From: an uncultured bacterium
GTDB lineage: Bacteria; CAZSTA01
Reading direction: 5' to 3'
Assembly (NCBI GenBank): GCA_964609495.1
Contig: CAZSTA010000004.1
Span: 1 to 45,796, forward strand
Length of the DNA: 45,796 bases
In this document: piece by piece, positions 1 to 8,305 of the stretch
How positions within the stretch are numbered: the stretch's first letter is position 1
Layout of the letters: the number at the start of each line of letters is the position of its first letter
Position numbers and translations under genes: made by a program
The notes under the pieces: model-generated
What the model was told of the DNA's origin: nothing
The model's input: only the letters and a program-made list of their open reading frames with translations
Databases searched by the model: none

Positions 1-242
1 ATCTCACCGGATACTGGGGCGATCAGCTTTCCAACCCACTTGCTCGATTGAACCTTTCCGCAGGTTTCTTCCTGCTCTACCTCGTCTCCCTCGAAGGGTA
101 GATCCACATAGACCGTGTCTCCCGCGGTCTTCTGATAGAAATCATCCATACCCACTCGGACTATATCATCCTCGATCCTTGCCCAAGTATGCTCCCGGTG
201 ATAATATAATTCATCAGGCAGATCATAATCGCCTATCTTCAT
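1..242 (-). CDS. gcvH: Glycine cleavage system H protein / lipoyl carrier (3' end runs off the window)
   Basis: Manual translation from ATG 242 (GGAGG RBS upstream): MKIGDYDLPDELYYHREHTWARIEDDIVRVGMDDFYQKTAGDTVYVDLP...GKVQSSKWVGKLIAPVSGE. Has the H-x-W, lipoyl-Lys and PVSG motifs. Not in the ORF track. Confidence 0.9.
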   Translation of the reverse strand, partial: MKIGDYDLPDELYYHREHTWARIEDDIVRVGMDDFYQKTAGDTVYVDLPFEGDEVEQEETCGKVQSSKWVGKLIAPVSGE

Positions 243-261
243 CTACAGTCCTCCTTTTTTA

Positions 262-1587
262 TTATTTACTCTTAGCGCACCTGAAGCCTATACTGAACCC
301 CCGTGAATTCGGAGGGCCAAAACCGCGATCGGCGCATCTTGCGGTAGCACCTCCCAAATCCCAAGAGCTACCTCTCCGCACCTTATATTCACTATACTGA
401 GGACCTTCAGGATTTCGGCTTGGTGATGAACTATAATATCCGCTGTCATACCAGTCCGCAACCCACTCCCAAACGTTTCCCGCCATATCATAGACCCCAT
501 AAGGACTTTCTCCCTGGGGATAGCTTCCCACCTCCGCAGGCCACATATAGCCATCATCCCTACCACTAGTGTTAGCATAAGTCGAGATGAACTCGTCTCC
601 CCAAGGCCAGTTTCGCCCATCTGTTCCCCTGGAAGCTTTCTCCCATTCTGCCTCAGTTGGCAATCTCTTCCCAGCCCATCTCGCATAAGCACTAGCCTCA
701 TACCAGCTAACTCCTACCACTGGTTGATTTGGCTGATTAAACTTCTTATCCCTCCAAAATTTAGGTTGAGTGATGTTATTGGACTTTATGAAATTCCATC
801 CTTCATCAGTCCAAAAGGTTCGATTATCATACCCTCCAGCCTCCATAAAAGTTCGGTATTGAGCGTTCGTCACCTCGTATTTATCGATATAGAAGGCGTC
901 TAAATATACCGTATGCTGAGGCTTCTCATCATTATCTCCCTTATCGCTTCCCATTATAAATTCTCCAGCGGGGATATAGACCATCTCTCCTTCAATTGGC
1001 TTAGTTATACTAGGCCGAATTTCCTCCGGTTGAACTTTCTCCTCAGTTAGCGTTACCTTAGTTGGTGCTTTCTTACCTAAGATAAACTCAACCTTGGTTT
1101 TTGCTTCAGCTTCGACCGCGATAGCTCCCTCATATTCGTATTCATCTTTTACCAGCTTAATCTTTAAAGTCCCTGGTTCAAGATCGCTTAGGATGAGAGG
1201 GGTAGTTCCCATCAATTCCCCATTTATGTAAACCTCAGCTTCCAGAGGATCTGATAATATAGTAAGCGAAGCCTTTGTTTCCCTCTTTCTCAACTTAGCT
1301 GTGAATTTAACTACTTCATCCGCCTCAATGAGGACGCTTCTCTCCCAATCGTAATAACCAGAAAGCGTTATTCTGATCTTATAAGTTCCGGGAGCTACAT
1401 CTTCTAAGAGGAGAGGAGTTTTCCCTTTATACTCTTCATTGATAAAGACCTCCGCTCCCTCTAGGAGTGCATCCTTCATATCCGAGGTCTTAATATACAA
1501 AATGCCTTCGTTACCTTGACTTAAAACAACCGATCCAAATGCAAACACAGAAATTACAAATAATAGTATATAAATATCCCTTCTCAT
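262..1587 (-). CDS. Secreted PEGA-domain + FGE-sulfatase (SUMF1/EgtB/PvdO-like) protein
   Basis: Signal peptide; two PEGA repeats (AEVFINEEYKGKTPL, AEVYINGELMGTTPL); FGE motifs FIMGS, RLPTEAEWEKA, DMAGNVWEW, GFRC. Confidence 0.88.
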   Translation of the reverse strand: MRRDIYILLFVISVFAFGSVVLSQGNEGILYIKTSDMKDALLEGAEVFINEEYKGKTPLLLEDVAPGTYKIRITLSGYYDWERSVLIEADEVVKFTAKLRKRETKASLTILSDPLEAEVYINGELMGTTPLILSDLEPGTLKIKLVKDEYEYEGAIAVEAEAKTKVEFILGKKAPTKVTLTEEKVQPEEIRPSITKPIEGEMVYIPAGEFIMGSDKGDNDEKPQHTVYLDAFYIDKYEVTNAQYRTFMEAGGYDNRTFWTDEGWNFIKSNNITQPKFWRDKKFNQPNQPVVGVSWYEASAYARWAGKRLPTEAEWEKASRGTDGRNWPWGDEFISTYANTSGRDDGYMWPAEVGSYPQGESPYGVYDMAGNVWEWVADWYDSGYYSSSPSRNPEGPQYSEYKVRRGSSWDLGGATARCADRGFGPPNSRGFSIGFRCAKSK

Positions 1588-1646
1588 TCTTATCCCTATC
1601 TCTCCTTCGACTAAATCGCTACCCTTCTCAAGCGATCTATACTACC

Positions 1647-2927
1647 CTAATCTTTTGCACATCTGAAACCTACCATCTTGGTTCTATCACCGAGGAAGTC
1701 ATAACCGCGAGCAGAACATCTAGCCTCTTCTGGAGAAGTAAACCAAGAGCCACCTCTTATTCCCCGATAGCTCCCATATTTCGGTCCCTGGGGGTTGAAC
1801 ATCGAGGCTTCATAGTAGTAATACGCATCATACCAATCGGCGACCCATTCTGCCACATTACCTGCCATATCGTAACATCCATAGGGGCTTATCCCCAAAG
1901 GATAACTATTCACTTGTGCAGTGTAATTATGCGCATCATTAGGAGCGTTGGTATTAGCTTTCTCAGGTGAAAAGTCGTTTCCCCAAGACCAAATCTTACC
2001 ATCGGTCCCTCGAGCCGCTTTTTCCCATTCCGCCTCAGTTGGCAATCTCTTCCCTGTCCATCTAGCATAAGCATCAGCTTCATACCAACTTACGCCTACC
2101 ACTGGATCAGAGGGAGAATTCCATAGCAAGTTCCGCCAATACTTGGGGGAAAATATTCTATTCTCTTTTATAAACTTCCAACCTTCTTCAGTCCAATATT
2201 CTTGTTTGAAATATCCTCCATCATTTATGAACTCGCTATATTCAGCGTTGGTTACCTCACTTTGGTCTATGAAGAAGGGATCGAGATAAACCATTATTTG
2301 CGGACTCTCGTCGTTATCTCCTTCATCGCTTCCCATAGTAAATTCCCCTCCGGGCACATAGACCATCTCCTCGGGGACCTCGAGATCTAGAACAGCCTCG
2401 AGTCTGATCTTGTCACCTGGCTCGACTTTAATCTCGCTCTCGTAATAGCGATTCTCCTTGACCAGGGAGAGGACGTAAATTTTACTATCCAGATCGTTTA
2501 GGATGAGGGGCGTTACTCCTTGAGGAATGCCATCAAGGAACGCTCTAGCCTCGGGAGGAGAGGAGATTATCGTTAAGCTTCCCTTCCTCCAAACAAGGTC
2601 GGCTAGGAGCTTAGTCACCTCTCCCGCCTGAACTGTAGTGATCGAGATCCAATCCGCAAAATCAGGATTTTTCAGAGCGATTTCGTGCTCTCCAGTTGAA
2701 ACATCCTCTATAGTTAAAGGGGTTTCCCCCTGAAGATCTCCATCCAGATAGATCTCGACGCCGGTTACTTCCTCACCTTCGGGATTAATAGCTTTAACAA
2801 ATATCATACCAACTTCCTCTTCAGTTGCCTTCTCTTCCTCCACGTTCTCGGTGTCAGCAAAAGCTCCGATAGCAAATATAACACTTAAAACGAGGCTGAT
2901 CATCACATAGATAAAGGATCGTTTCAT
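1647..2927 (-). CDS. Secreted PEGA-domain + FGE-sulfatase protein (paralog of 262..1587)
   Basis: Signal peptide; PEGA repeats; FTMGS, RLPTEAEWEKAARG, DMAGNVAEW, RGGSW, GFRC. Confidence 0.88.
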   Translation of the reverse strand: MKRSFIYVMISLVLSVIFAIGAFADTENVEEEKATEEEVGMIFVKAINPEGEEVTGVEIYLDGDLQGETPLTIEDVSTGEHEIALKNPDFADWISITTVQAGEVTKLLADLVWRKGSLTIISSPPEARAFLDGIPQGVTPLILNDLDSKIYVLSLVKENRYYESEIKVEPGDKIRLEAVLDLEVPEEMVYVPGGEFTMGSDEGDNDESPQIMVYLDPFFIDQSEVTNAEYSEFINDGGYFKQEYWTEEGWKFIKENRIFSPKYWRNLLWNSPSDPVVGVSWYEADAYARWTGKRLPTEAEWEKAARGTDGKIWSWGNDFSPEKANTNAPNDAHNYTAQVNSYPLGISPYGCYDMAGNVAEWVADWYDAYYYYEASMFNPQGPKYGSYRGIRGGSWFTSPEEARCSARGYDFLGDRTKMVGFRCAKD

Positions 2928-3089
2928 CTTTATATTCTCCTTTCTCTAAAATTATCGAACTTCAGCTCTCGACCATATCCATCTTAAGGGTAATTCCACG
3001 ACTGAGGGGGAATAATCGCAATGCTTATAGATAGAGTTGATTACGATTAGACGCTTCAATATGTCCGCATTTGGAAGTATATCAACTTA

Positions 3090-3118
3090 ATTATATTATA
3101 TTTATCTGAGATTATCAA
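3090..3118 (-). promoter_or_regulatory. Sigma70-type promoter for the FGE/gcvH genes
   Basis: Minus strand TTGATA-17 nt-TATAAT. Confidence 0.65.
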
Positions 3119-3347
3119 GTATTTTTTAGTGTTGGAGATAAATATCTTCTTATATCACCTCCGAATTATGAGGGAGTGAATCGCTATAAGCTGATCATAG
3201 GCTTATCAATAAAGTATTTCTCACAGCTCGTAATGAATAGGTAAGAGGCGAAAATTGGGATAGCTTTTGGAGACAACTAGGCAGGGTAGCTATAGGATAA
3301 ATCGTTTCGCTCGGAAGTCTGTAGATATACTGGTAGTGATAAAACCT

Positions 3348-3621
3348 TCACCTGTAATATTGAGCCTGTGTTTCAAACAAGCGCGCATACATTCCACCGC
3401 GATGAACCAGTTCGTTATGAGTGCCATTTTCAATGATTCTCCCATCCTCCACTATCAGCTTCATAAGATAGAGCGACAGCAGGGGTAGCACGCCTTGCAC
3501 AACAAGAATCGCCAGACTGGCTATCGTCCAGCCTGGCGCGCTTTGCCAGACAAGGCGCAACGCAAAATCAAGTCCGTAATACACGCTGTATTTTAAGTCT
3601 TGTTGATTCGCCTATCCGCAT
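3348..3621 (-). pseudogene. ABC exporter (permease/ATPase) remnant with large internal deletion
   Basis: N-terminal TM segment (ALRLVWQSAPGWTIASLAILVVQGVLPLLSLYLMKLIV) fused directly to the extreme NBD C-terminus (EDGRIIENGTHNELVHRGGMYARLFETQAQYYR). An upstream ATG at 3621 (MRIGESTRLKIQRVLR) is out of frame by one base. Confidence 0.8.
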
Positions 3622-3668
3622 ATATAGAACTTATGCCGAAACATAATTCCAGTCTAAGATGAAGGGAT

Positions 3669-4694
3669 TCATACTGCTTCCAAGAGCCTGGACATGATGA
3701 TACGGCGGCGCTGTCCCCGTCGAACCTCTTTCTCAAGTTGACTATCTAGTTTGGGAATGGAGATCTGCCGAAAGCCCATCTTGCGGTAGAGATTGATAGC
3801 AGTCCTGTTCTGCTCAAAGACTAGGAGATTCATCGTAGCGCCGCCCTCCTCGGCTGCTTTTCCCATCGCCATGCGCAACAGCCCTTCGCCAATGCCTGCC
3901 CCCCGATAGCGCATGCGGACCAACAGGTTGAAAAGCCACCACTCGGGGTAAAGGTCTGCATTCTCAGGGAACCGCCTGACGACCACTGCACCTGCGATAC
4001 CTTCTCCTACACTAGCGATCAAAGTATATCCACAATCCTCCAGGCTATCTATCTGCCTGGCGAATGCCCCAACAGGCTCTCCCAGTTCGGGAAATCTCTC
4101 ATAGCCGTGGAGCCTAGAGAGGTCAGAGGCATCCTCGACTGTGGCGAGGCGATAGCGAACTTGCTTGCAGATCAGCTTCCTCGCTAAGGCACGGTAGAAC
4201 TTGCTCCCTTGCAGGCGGCGGAGAAGCCAAGAAGCAATTCGCCTGCCCATCCTCGCCAGCCGAAAGAGCAGGTGTCTAAGGGGATGAAGATTTATCCACA
4301 ATAGCGCCGCCAGCCGCCAGAAACCTTGATCCAGACGGATGACCTTCTTTCCCCACTGAACGCTCACCACCCGGCCCAGCACCTGCTCCGCCTGAACCCA
4401 CTCATCGGGACTGGGCGTTGCATCCCCCCGCATCGCCAGCACCACCTGGCCATCCCGCGCCTCCCTGCCGACGACCCGATGAGCGACTAATCGCTCCTCG
4501 GCCGCGCGATAGAAGGCTACGTCTCCCACATTCAGGTCATCAGCCTTGGTGGGCTGGACAGTGAGGATATCTCCATCTTGAATGAAGGGGAACATACTCC
4601 AGCCACGAGCTTCAAAGGAGAAGGAGCCCCCCTGAGCAAGAATCTCAGCAGATAGCTTCGCAAATTCAGCTCCCTTAAGGGTCACTTGACGCAT
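3669..4694 (-). CDS. S24/S26-family peptidase domain fused to a C-terminal GNAT acetyltransferase
   Basis: N-terminal GWSMFPFIQDGD and VAHRV motifs; C-terminal YRGAGIGEGLL and NRTAINLYRKMGF GNAT motifs. Confidence 0.82.
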   Translation of the reverse strand: MRQVTLKGAEFAKLSAEILAQGGSFSFEARGWSMFPFIQDGDILTVQPTKADDLNVGDVAFYRAAEERLVAHRVVGREARDGQVVLAMRGDATPSPDEWVQAEQVLGRVVSVQWGKKVIRLDQGFWRLAALLWINLHPLRHLLFRLARMGRRIASWLLRRLQGSKFYRALARKLICKQVRYRLATVEDASDLSRLHGYERFPELGEPVGAFARQIDSLEDCGYTLIASVGEGIAGAVVVRRFPENADLYPEWWLFNLLVRMRYRGAGIGEGLLRMAMGKAAEEGGATMNLLVFEQNRTAINLYRKMGFRQISIPKLDSQLEKEVRRGQRRRIIMSRLLEAV

Positions 4695-5566
4695 CGCACG
4701 AAATCCACCACGCTTTCGTCAGGCACAAAGCCTAGTTCGTAACATGGCACGCTGGCCACCAGTTGGGCACAAAAGTCGAGGGTGAAGCTCATCCCCTCCG
4801 CGTTCCACAGTGGTGGGAAACAGCGAGTCAACAGCATCGAGGAGGCGGTAACCCCTTCCTTGCGGCGGGCGCTGTTGGCCTCGGCGTGGCGAAGGAAAAA
4901 GACCTTCTCCAGTGGGACACCCTTAGGCGAGACGCTGGTATAATCGCTATGCCAGGGAGTGCCATACATCCAGAAGCGACCCTCACGCCGACGCAGCACG
5001 ATGCGATCGTCGTTGAGGACGAGTGCCTGGTTCCCCCAGAGCCGGGCCATAGTCGTCTTGCCGTGGGTGGAGCTGCCGGCGAAGAGGTACCCCCGTCCAC
5101 TGTCATCAATGCCGCAGGCGTGGATCATCAACCCTCTGCCCTGTGCCAGCAAGCATATCATCAGCACTTCGGGGAGAGGAAACTCCAGCGGATTGGGTAG
5201 AAGACCTTCTGGCGTCTCTCCGGGCTCAGGGATGTGACTGTAAACCTCTCCCTGCTGGAAGTCGGCATCGAAGATTGCAATGCGGTAGGGGAGCGGACCG
5301 GCGGCGGGCGACCTCAGCGCGAAGATATTCTGCCCACCGATCCGGTAGAGGCTCCAGATCATCTCTGAGTCGAAGACCTTGTTCTCGTCTCGGAGGGGGA
5401 TTTGAGGTAGGCCATCGTAGCGGGCGTGGATGGTGACCTCTGGCTCCTCAGTGCAAAGGAAGTCTCGGTACACCTCCTCCAGACGGATCGATTCCATCGG
5501 CTGATCACTGATGATGTCAAAAACGATGTTCGCGATCTTGACTAGCATATCATTTTGAATTCCCAT
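4682..5566 (-). CDS. HPr-kinase-like P-loop protein (ScmC-like accessory of radical SAM cassettes)
   Basis: MIHACGI, Walker A GSSTHGKTT, LNDD and GTPW motifs; overlaps the next gene. Confidence 0.7.
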   Translation of the reverse strand: MGIQNDMLVKIANIVFDIISDQPMESIRLEEVYRDFLCTEEPEVTIHARYDGLPQIPLRDENKVFDSEMIWSLYRIGGQNIFALRSPAAGPLPYRIAIFDADFQQGEVYSHIPEPGETPEGLLPNPLEFPLPEVLMICLLAQGRGLMIHACGIDDSGRGYLFAGSSTHGKTTMARLWGNQALVLNDDRIVLRRREGRFWMYGTPWHSDYTSVSPKGVPLEKVFFLRHAEANSARRKEGVTASSMLLTRCFPPLWNAEGMSFTLDFCAQLVASVPCYELGFVPDESVVDFVRCVK

Positions 5567-5740
5567 TCACTTTTCACCAGAACAACTATATCTTGGTAGC
5601 TGTGATACCATCGAGAGCAAGTCGATAAACTGGTTATACTCGAGCACATAGACACACAGACAACCACCGGTCTTACCCCGGGTGCCTGAATCTGTTTTGC
5701 AACTTGATAGTATCGCCTCTATTATATATTGTAACCTTGA
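5567..5740 (-). pseudogene. Leaderless second core-like segment in frame after the precursor D stop
   Basis: Reads SRLQYIIEAILSSCKTDSGTRGKTGGCLCVYV...SGEK*. Nucleotides 5687-5720 duplicate 5774-5810 (EAILSSCKT vs EAVLSGCKT). Confidence 0.5.
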
Positions 5741-5902
5741 CTAAGACACCGGAGGACCAAGAGGCCCAATGATTGAATCTCCTGTTTTGCAACCTGATAG
5801 CACCGCCTCTTTGACCACCAGTTTAACCTGTTTCAACTGCGGTTTGCGATATGGCTGCCTGGTTGTCCTCCTTTCCACTCTCTTCCCCTCTTTCTCCATC
5901 AT
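5741..5902 (-). CDS. Putative RiPP precursor D (53 aa)
   Basis: MMEKEGKRVERRTTRQPYRKPQLKQVKLVVKEAV-LSGCKTGDSIIGPLGPPVS*; AAGGAGG RBS; YxxPxL leader motif. Confidence 0.8.
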   Translation of the reverse strand: MMEKEGKRVERRTTRQPYRKPQLKQVKLVVKEAVLSGCKTGDSIIGPLGPPVS

Positions 5903-5986
5903 TGCTTCCCTCCTTTCTGCTTGGTATTTAATCTAAACGCTCATATTGGATTCTGCGTGCTTAGCTAAAAATGTCCTTACTTCATA

Positions 5987-6091
5987 ATCACCCTCCCCTA
6001 ACCCCTCCTGTCAAGGGAGAGAGAACTAAAAGGAGCCAGCTTATCTCAATGTTCTCCCTCCCCTCGTGGGAGAGGGCTAAGGTGAGGGAGG
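5987..6091. repeat. REP-like doublet palindrome, copy 1
   Basis: Reverse complement aligns with 24794-24904 and 8135-8224. Confidence 0.8.
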
Positions 6092-6109
6092 AGTCATATC
6101 TTGAACTCA

Positions 6110-6241
6110 CTAGCGAAGATTATAAGGAATCGTAGCTAGCACTGCCTCTTTGGTCATCAGTTTGATCTGTTTCAACTGCGGTTTGCGATATGGCTGCCTG
6201 GTTGTCCTCCTTTCCACTCTCTTCCCCTCTTTCTCCATCAT
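6110..6241 (-). CDS. Putative RiPP precursor C (43 aa)
   Basis: MMEKEGKRVERRTTRQPYRKPQLKQIKLMTKEAV-LATIPYNLR*; same RBS and leader as D. Confidence 0.7.
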   Translation of the reverse strand: MMEKEGKRVERRTTRQPYRKPQLKQIKLMTKEAVLATIPYNLR

Positions 6242-6290
6242 TGCTTCCCTCCTTTCTGCTTGGTATTTAATCTAAACGCTCATATTGGAT

Positions 6291-6390
6291 NNNNNNNNNN
6301 NNNNNNNNNNNNNNNNNNNNNNNNNNNNNNNNNNNNNNNNNNNNNNNNNNNNNNNNNNNNNNNNNNNNNNNNNNNNNNNNNNNNNNNNNN
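6291..6390. other. Assembly gap (100 N) inside the precursor repeat array
   Basis: N run; 6236-6290 and 6391-6445 are the same 55-mer. Confidence 0.98.
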
Positions 6391-6458
6391 CATCATTGCT
6401 TCCCTCCTTTCTGCTTGGTATTTAATCTAAACGCTCATATTGGATTCTGCGTGCTTAG

Positions 6459-6584
6459 CTAAATAGGAGTGCCAATAAACATCACTGCCTCTTTGATCAT
6501 CAGTTTGACCTGTTTCAACTGCGGTTTGCGATATGGCTGCCTGGTTGTCTTCCTTTCCACTCTCTTCTTCTCTTTCTTCATCAT
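6459..6584 (-). CDS. Putative RiPP precursor A (41 aa)
   Basis: MMKKEKKRVERKTTRQPYRKPQLKQVKLMIKEAV-MFIGTPI*; start overlaps the rSAM stop (ATGA). Confidence 0.7.
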   Translation of the reverse strand: MMKKEKKRVERKTTRQPYRKPQLKQVKLMIKEAVMFIGTPI

Positions 6585-7687
6585 TGCTTTCCTCCTTTCT
6601 GCCTGGCGTTTAATCCAAAAGCCTCTGCCCTAGCGTGGGCGATCTGGCAGAGGTAATTCACCAGTGCCTCTTGGTCGCCGGTTTCCATCCACGCCCAGCC
6701 GGGGCACTGACTGCACAGTGAGATCAACTCACAGCTCTTGCAGGGCGTCTCCCGTGACCACTTCTGCGCCCGCACGCGGGCTATGAACTCGTGCCATCCC
6801 TCGCGGAACCTCCCCTGACGCAAGTTATAACTGGAGACACGGGACATCATACAGGCGCTCAACTGTCCGTAAGGATCAATGTGGAAGGTTCTTAACCCCG
6901 CGCCGCACTGGTAGAGGTATTCAGGGTGGGGAGGCGATCCCCGGAATTTATCGCAGAACTCGCGCCAACTCTTCATCCGCTTCTCGTCTGCCAGATCCAG
7001 TGCTACTACCTCCTCAGGGGGAATTCTGAACTTCGCCGGCTTCTGGTCACCATCCAGTCGCACATTCAACACGGGATCGAAGCGGAAGCCCACGTCCAAC
7101 CCCTCGGCATAAGCTTCCATATCCCAGACCTCATGCTTGTTCAGCGTCATGATCACACTCTTTAGCTTGAGGGAGAGTTTGCGCTCCATCAGCAACTCGA
7201 TCCCCCTTATGCACCGCTCGTAGGAGCCAGGAACGCCGGTGACCCGCTCGTAGGTCTCCTGGGTGCGACCATAGAGGGTAATCTCCACGGCGAACGGGCG
7301 CCACTCAGCCAGGTGGTCGGCGATGCGGGGGGTGATGGTGGTGCCGTTAGTGAATATGGTAATCAGCAACCCTTTCTTCTTGGCATAGGTGTAGATATCG
7401 AGAAAATCAGGACGGATAAAGGGATCACCGCCGGTGAGCAGCAGCCATAGGCAACCTTCGTCCACGATCTGATCCAGAAGATCGCACAGTTCCTGATAAC
7501 TCAGTTCCCTTTCCCTCGCATCCCGGTCATCAGCAGGCAGATTGATGTAGCAATGGGCACAGTGCAGGTTACAGCGAGCAGTGACCTCGATGCTACCGGT
7601 GATGGGGATGCGCTGACTGGCTACCTTGTCATGCAGACTCTTGCTGAACTCACCGTAGCTGGTAATAGGAATATACGGACATTCCAT
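6581..7687 (-). CDS. Radical SAM/SPASM-domain peptide maturase
   Basis: CNLHCAHC, TGGDP; SPASM cysteines CGAG...HIDPYGQLSAC and CKSCELISLCSQCP. Confidence 0.92.
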   Translation of the reverse strand: MECPYIPITSYGEFSKSLHDKVASQRIPITGSIEVTARCNLHCAHCYINLPADDRDARERELSYQELCDLLDQIVDEGCLWLLLTGGDPFIRPDFLDIYTYAKKKGLLITIFTNGTTITPRIADHLAEWRPFAVEITLYGRTQETYERVTGVPGSYERCIRGIELLMERKLSLKLKSVIMTLNKHEVWDMEAYAEGLDVGFRFDPVLNVRLDGDQKPAKFRIPPEEVVALDLADEKRMKSWREFCDKFRGSPPHPEYLYQCGAGLRTFHIDPYGQLSACMMSRVSSYNLRQGRFREGWHEFIARVRAQKWSRETPCKSCELISLCSQCPGWAWMETGDQEALVNYLCQIAHARAEAFGLNARQKGGKQ

Positions 7688-7688
7688 C

Positions 7689-7994
7689 TTAAACCTCCTT
7701 TACAGCACCAATTTCCTCCAACTGCTGAAGAAACTTTATAAGATCCACTTCCGCCTCCTCTGGGCTCACCTCAAACTCCCCAACGATTGCCTCTCTTATT
7801 TCCTCCACTCGTTTTTCGCCGTCGATAAGTTCCCAAATGCGACTAGCAACTTCGTCCATAGTATATATACTTTCGACATCTCCAACTTTCTGTCGAATCG
7901 GAACCAGAATGAATTCGTCAGCAATCTTTCTCGAGACGATGGATGGATCCTTGGCGAAGCGTTTCTCAAGATAATCGGTACTCTTTATCTTCAT
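7689..7994 (-). CDS. PqqD-family RiPP recognition element (RRE)
   Basis: SRKIADEFILVP...YTMDEVASRIWELIDG...EFEVSPEEAEVDLIKFLQQL. ATG 7994 with AGGAGG RBS is preferred over the track start at 8045. Confidence 0.92.
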   Translation of the reverse strand: MKIKSTDYLEKRFAKDPSIVSRKIADEFILVPIRQKVGDVESIYTMDEVASRIWELIDGEKRVEEIREAIVGEFEVSPEEAEVDLIKFLQQLEEIGAVKEV

Positions 7995-8086
7995 ATTCCC
8001 TCCTGTTCTGATGTTGTATAGCTTAAAGCAACCAAAGTCCTTCATTTATGTGCAATTCTTTCTACTTTTTCTTTGATTAATTGAGT

Positions 8087-8272
8087 CGCTCATATTCGCA
8101 TAAGGTGCGCTATAATGAGCGAAAGAAGTAATTTCCTCCCTCACCCTATCCCTCTCCCACTAGGGGAGAGGGTTAGGGCTACTCTCTCTATTCCCCCCTC
8201 CTCGATGGGAGGAGGAAGGGTGATTGCGAAATAAAGACACTTTAGCTAAGCACGCAGAATCCAATATGAGCG
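8087..8272. mobile_element. MITE-like element containing a REP-like doublet (8135-8224)
   Basis: Bounded by inverted 10-mers CGCTCATATT (8087) and AATATGAGCG (8272). 8241-8272 is the exact reverse complement of 5938-5969 and 6432-6463. No target-site duplication seen. Confidence 0.6.
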
Positions 8273-8305
8273 AAAATCTTAGCTTTGTGATCTATTTAGT
8301 CTCTC

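Larger units (their letters stand above)
5801..6620. repeat. Tandem direct repeats (about 140-170 bp) of the precursor leader, RBS and a copy of the rSAM 3' end
   Basis: Near-identical blocks at about 5801-5969, 6140-6290, 6391-6463 (partial, after the gap) and 6483-6620. Confidence 0.92.

Noticed and set aside
262-2927. Diversity-generating retroelement targeting the FGE domains
   Set aside because: No reverse transcriptase, and no adenine-variant template repeat seen in the window
5741-5743. Pyrrolysine or genome-wide TAG recoding
   Set aside because: TAG ends conserved genes here (dnaB, both ssb, rnfA) and no pyl genes are in the window; kept only as a remote option
5801-6620. CRISPR array
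   Set aside because: Repeats are ~140-170 bp, protein-coding and irregularly spaced; no cas genes in the window
6581-7994. PQQ biosynthesis (pqqDE)
   Set aside because: No pqqB/C, and the peptides lack the ExxxY core motif
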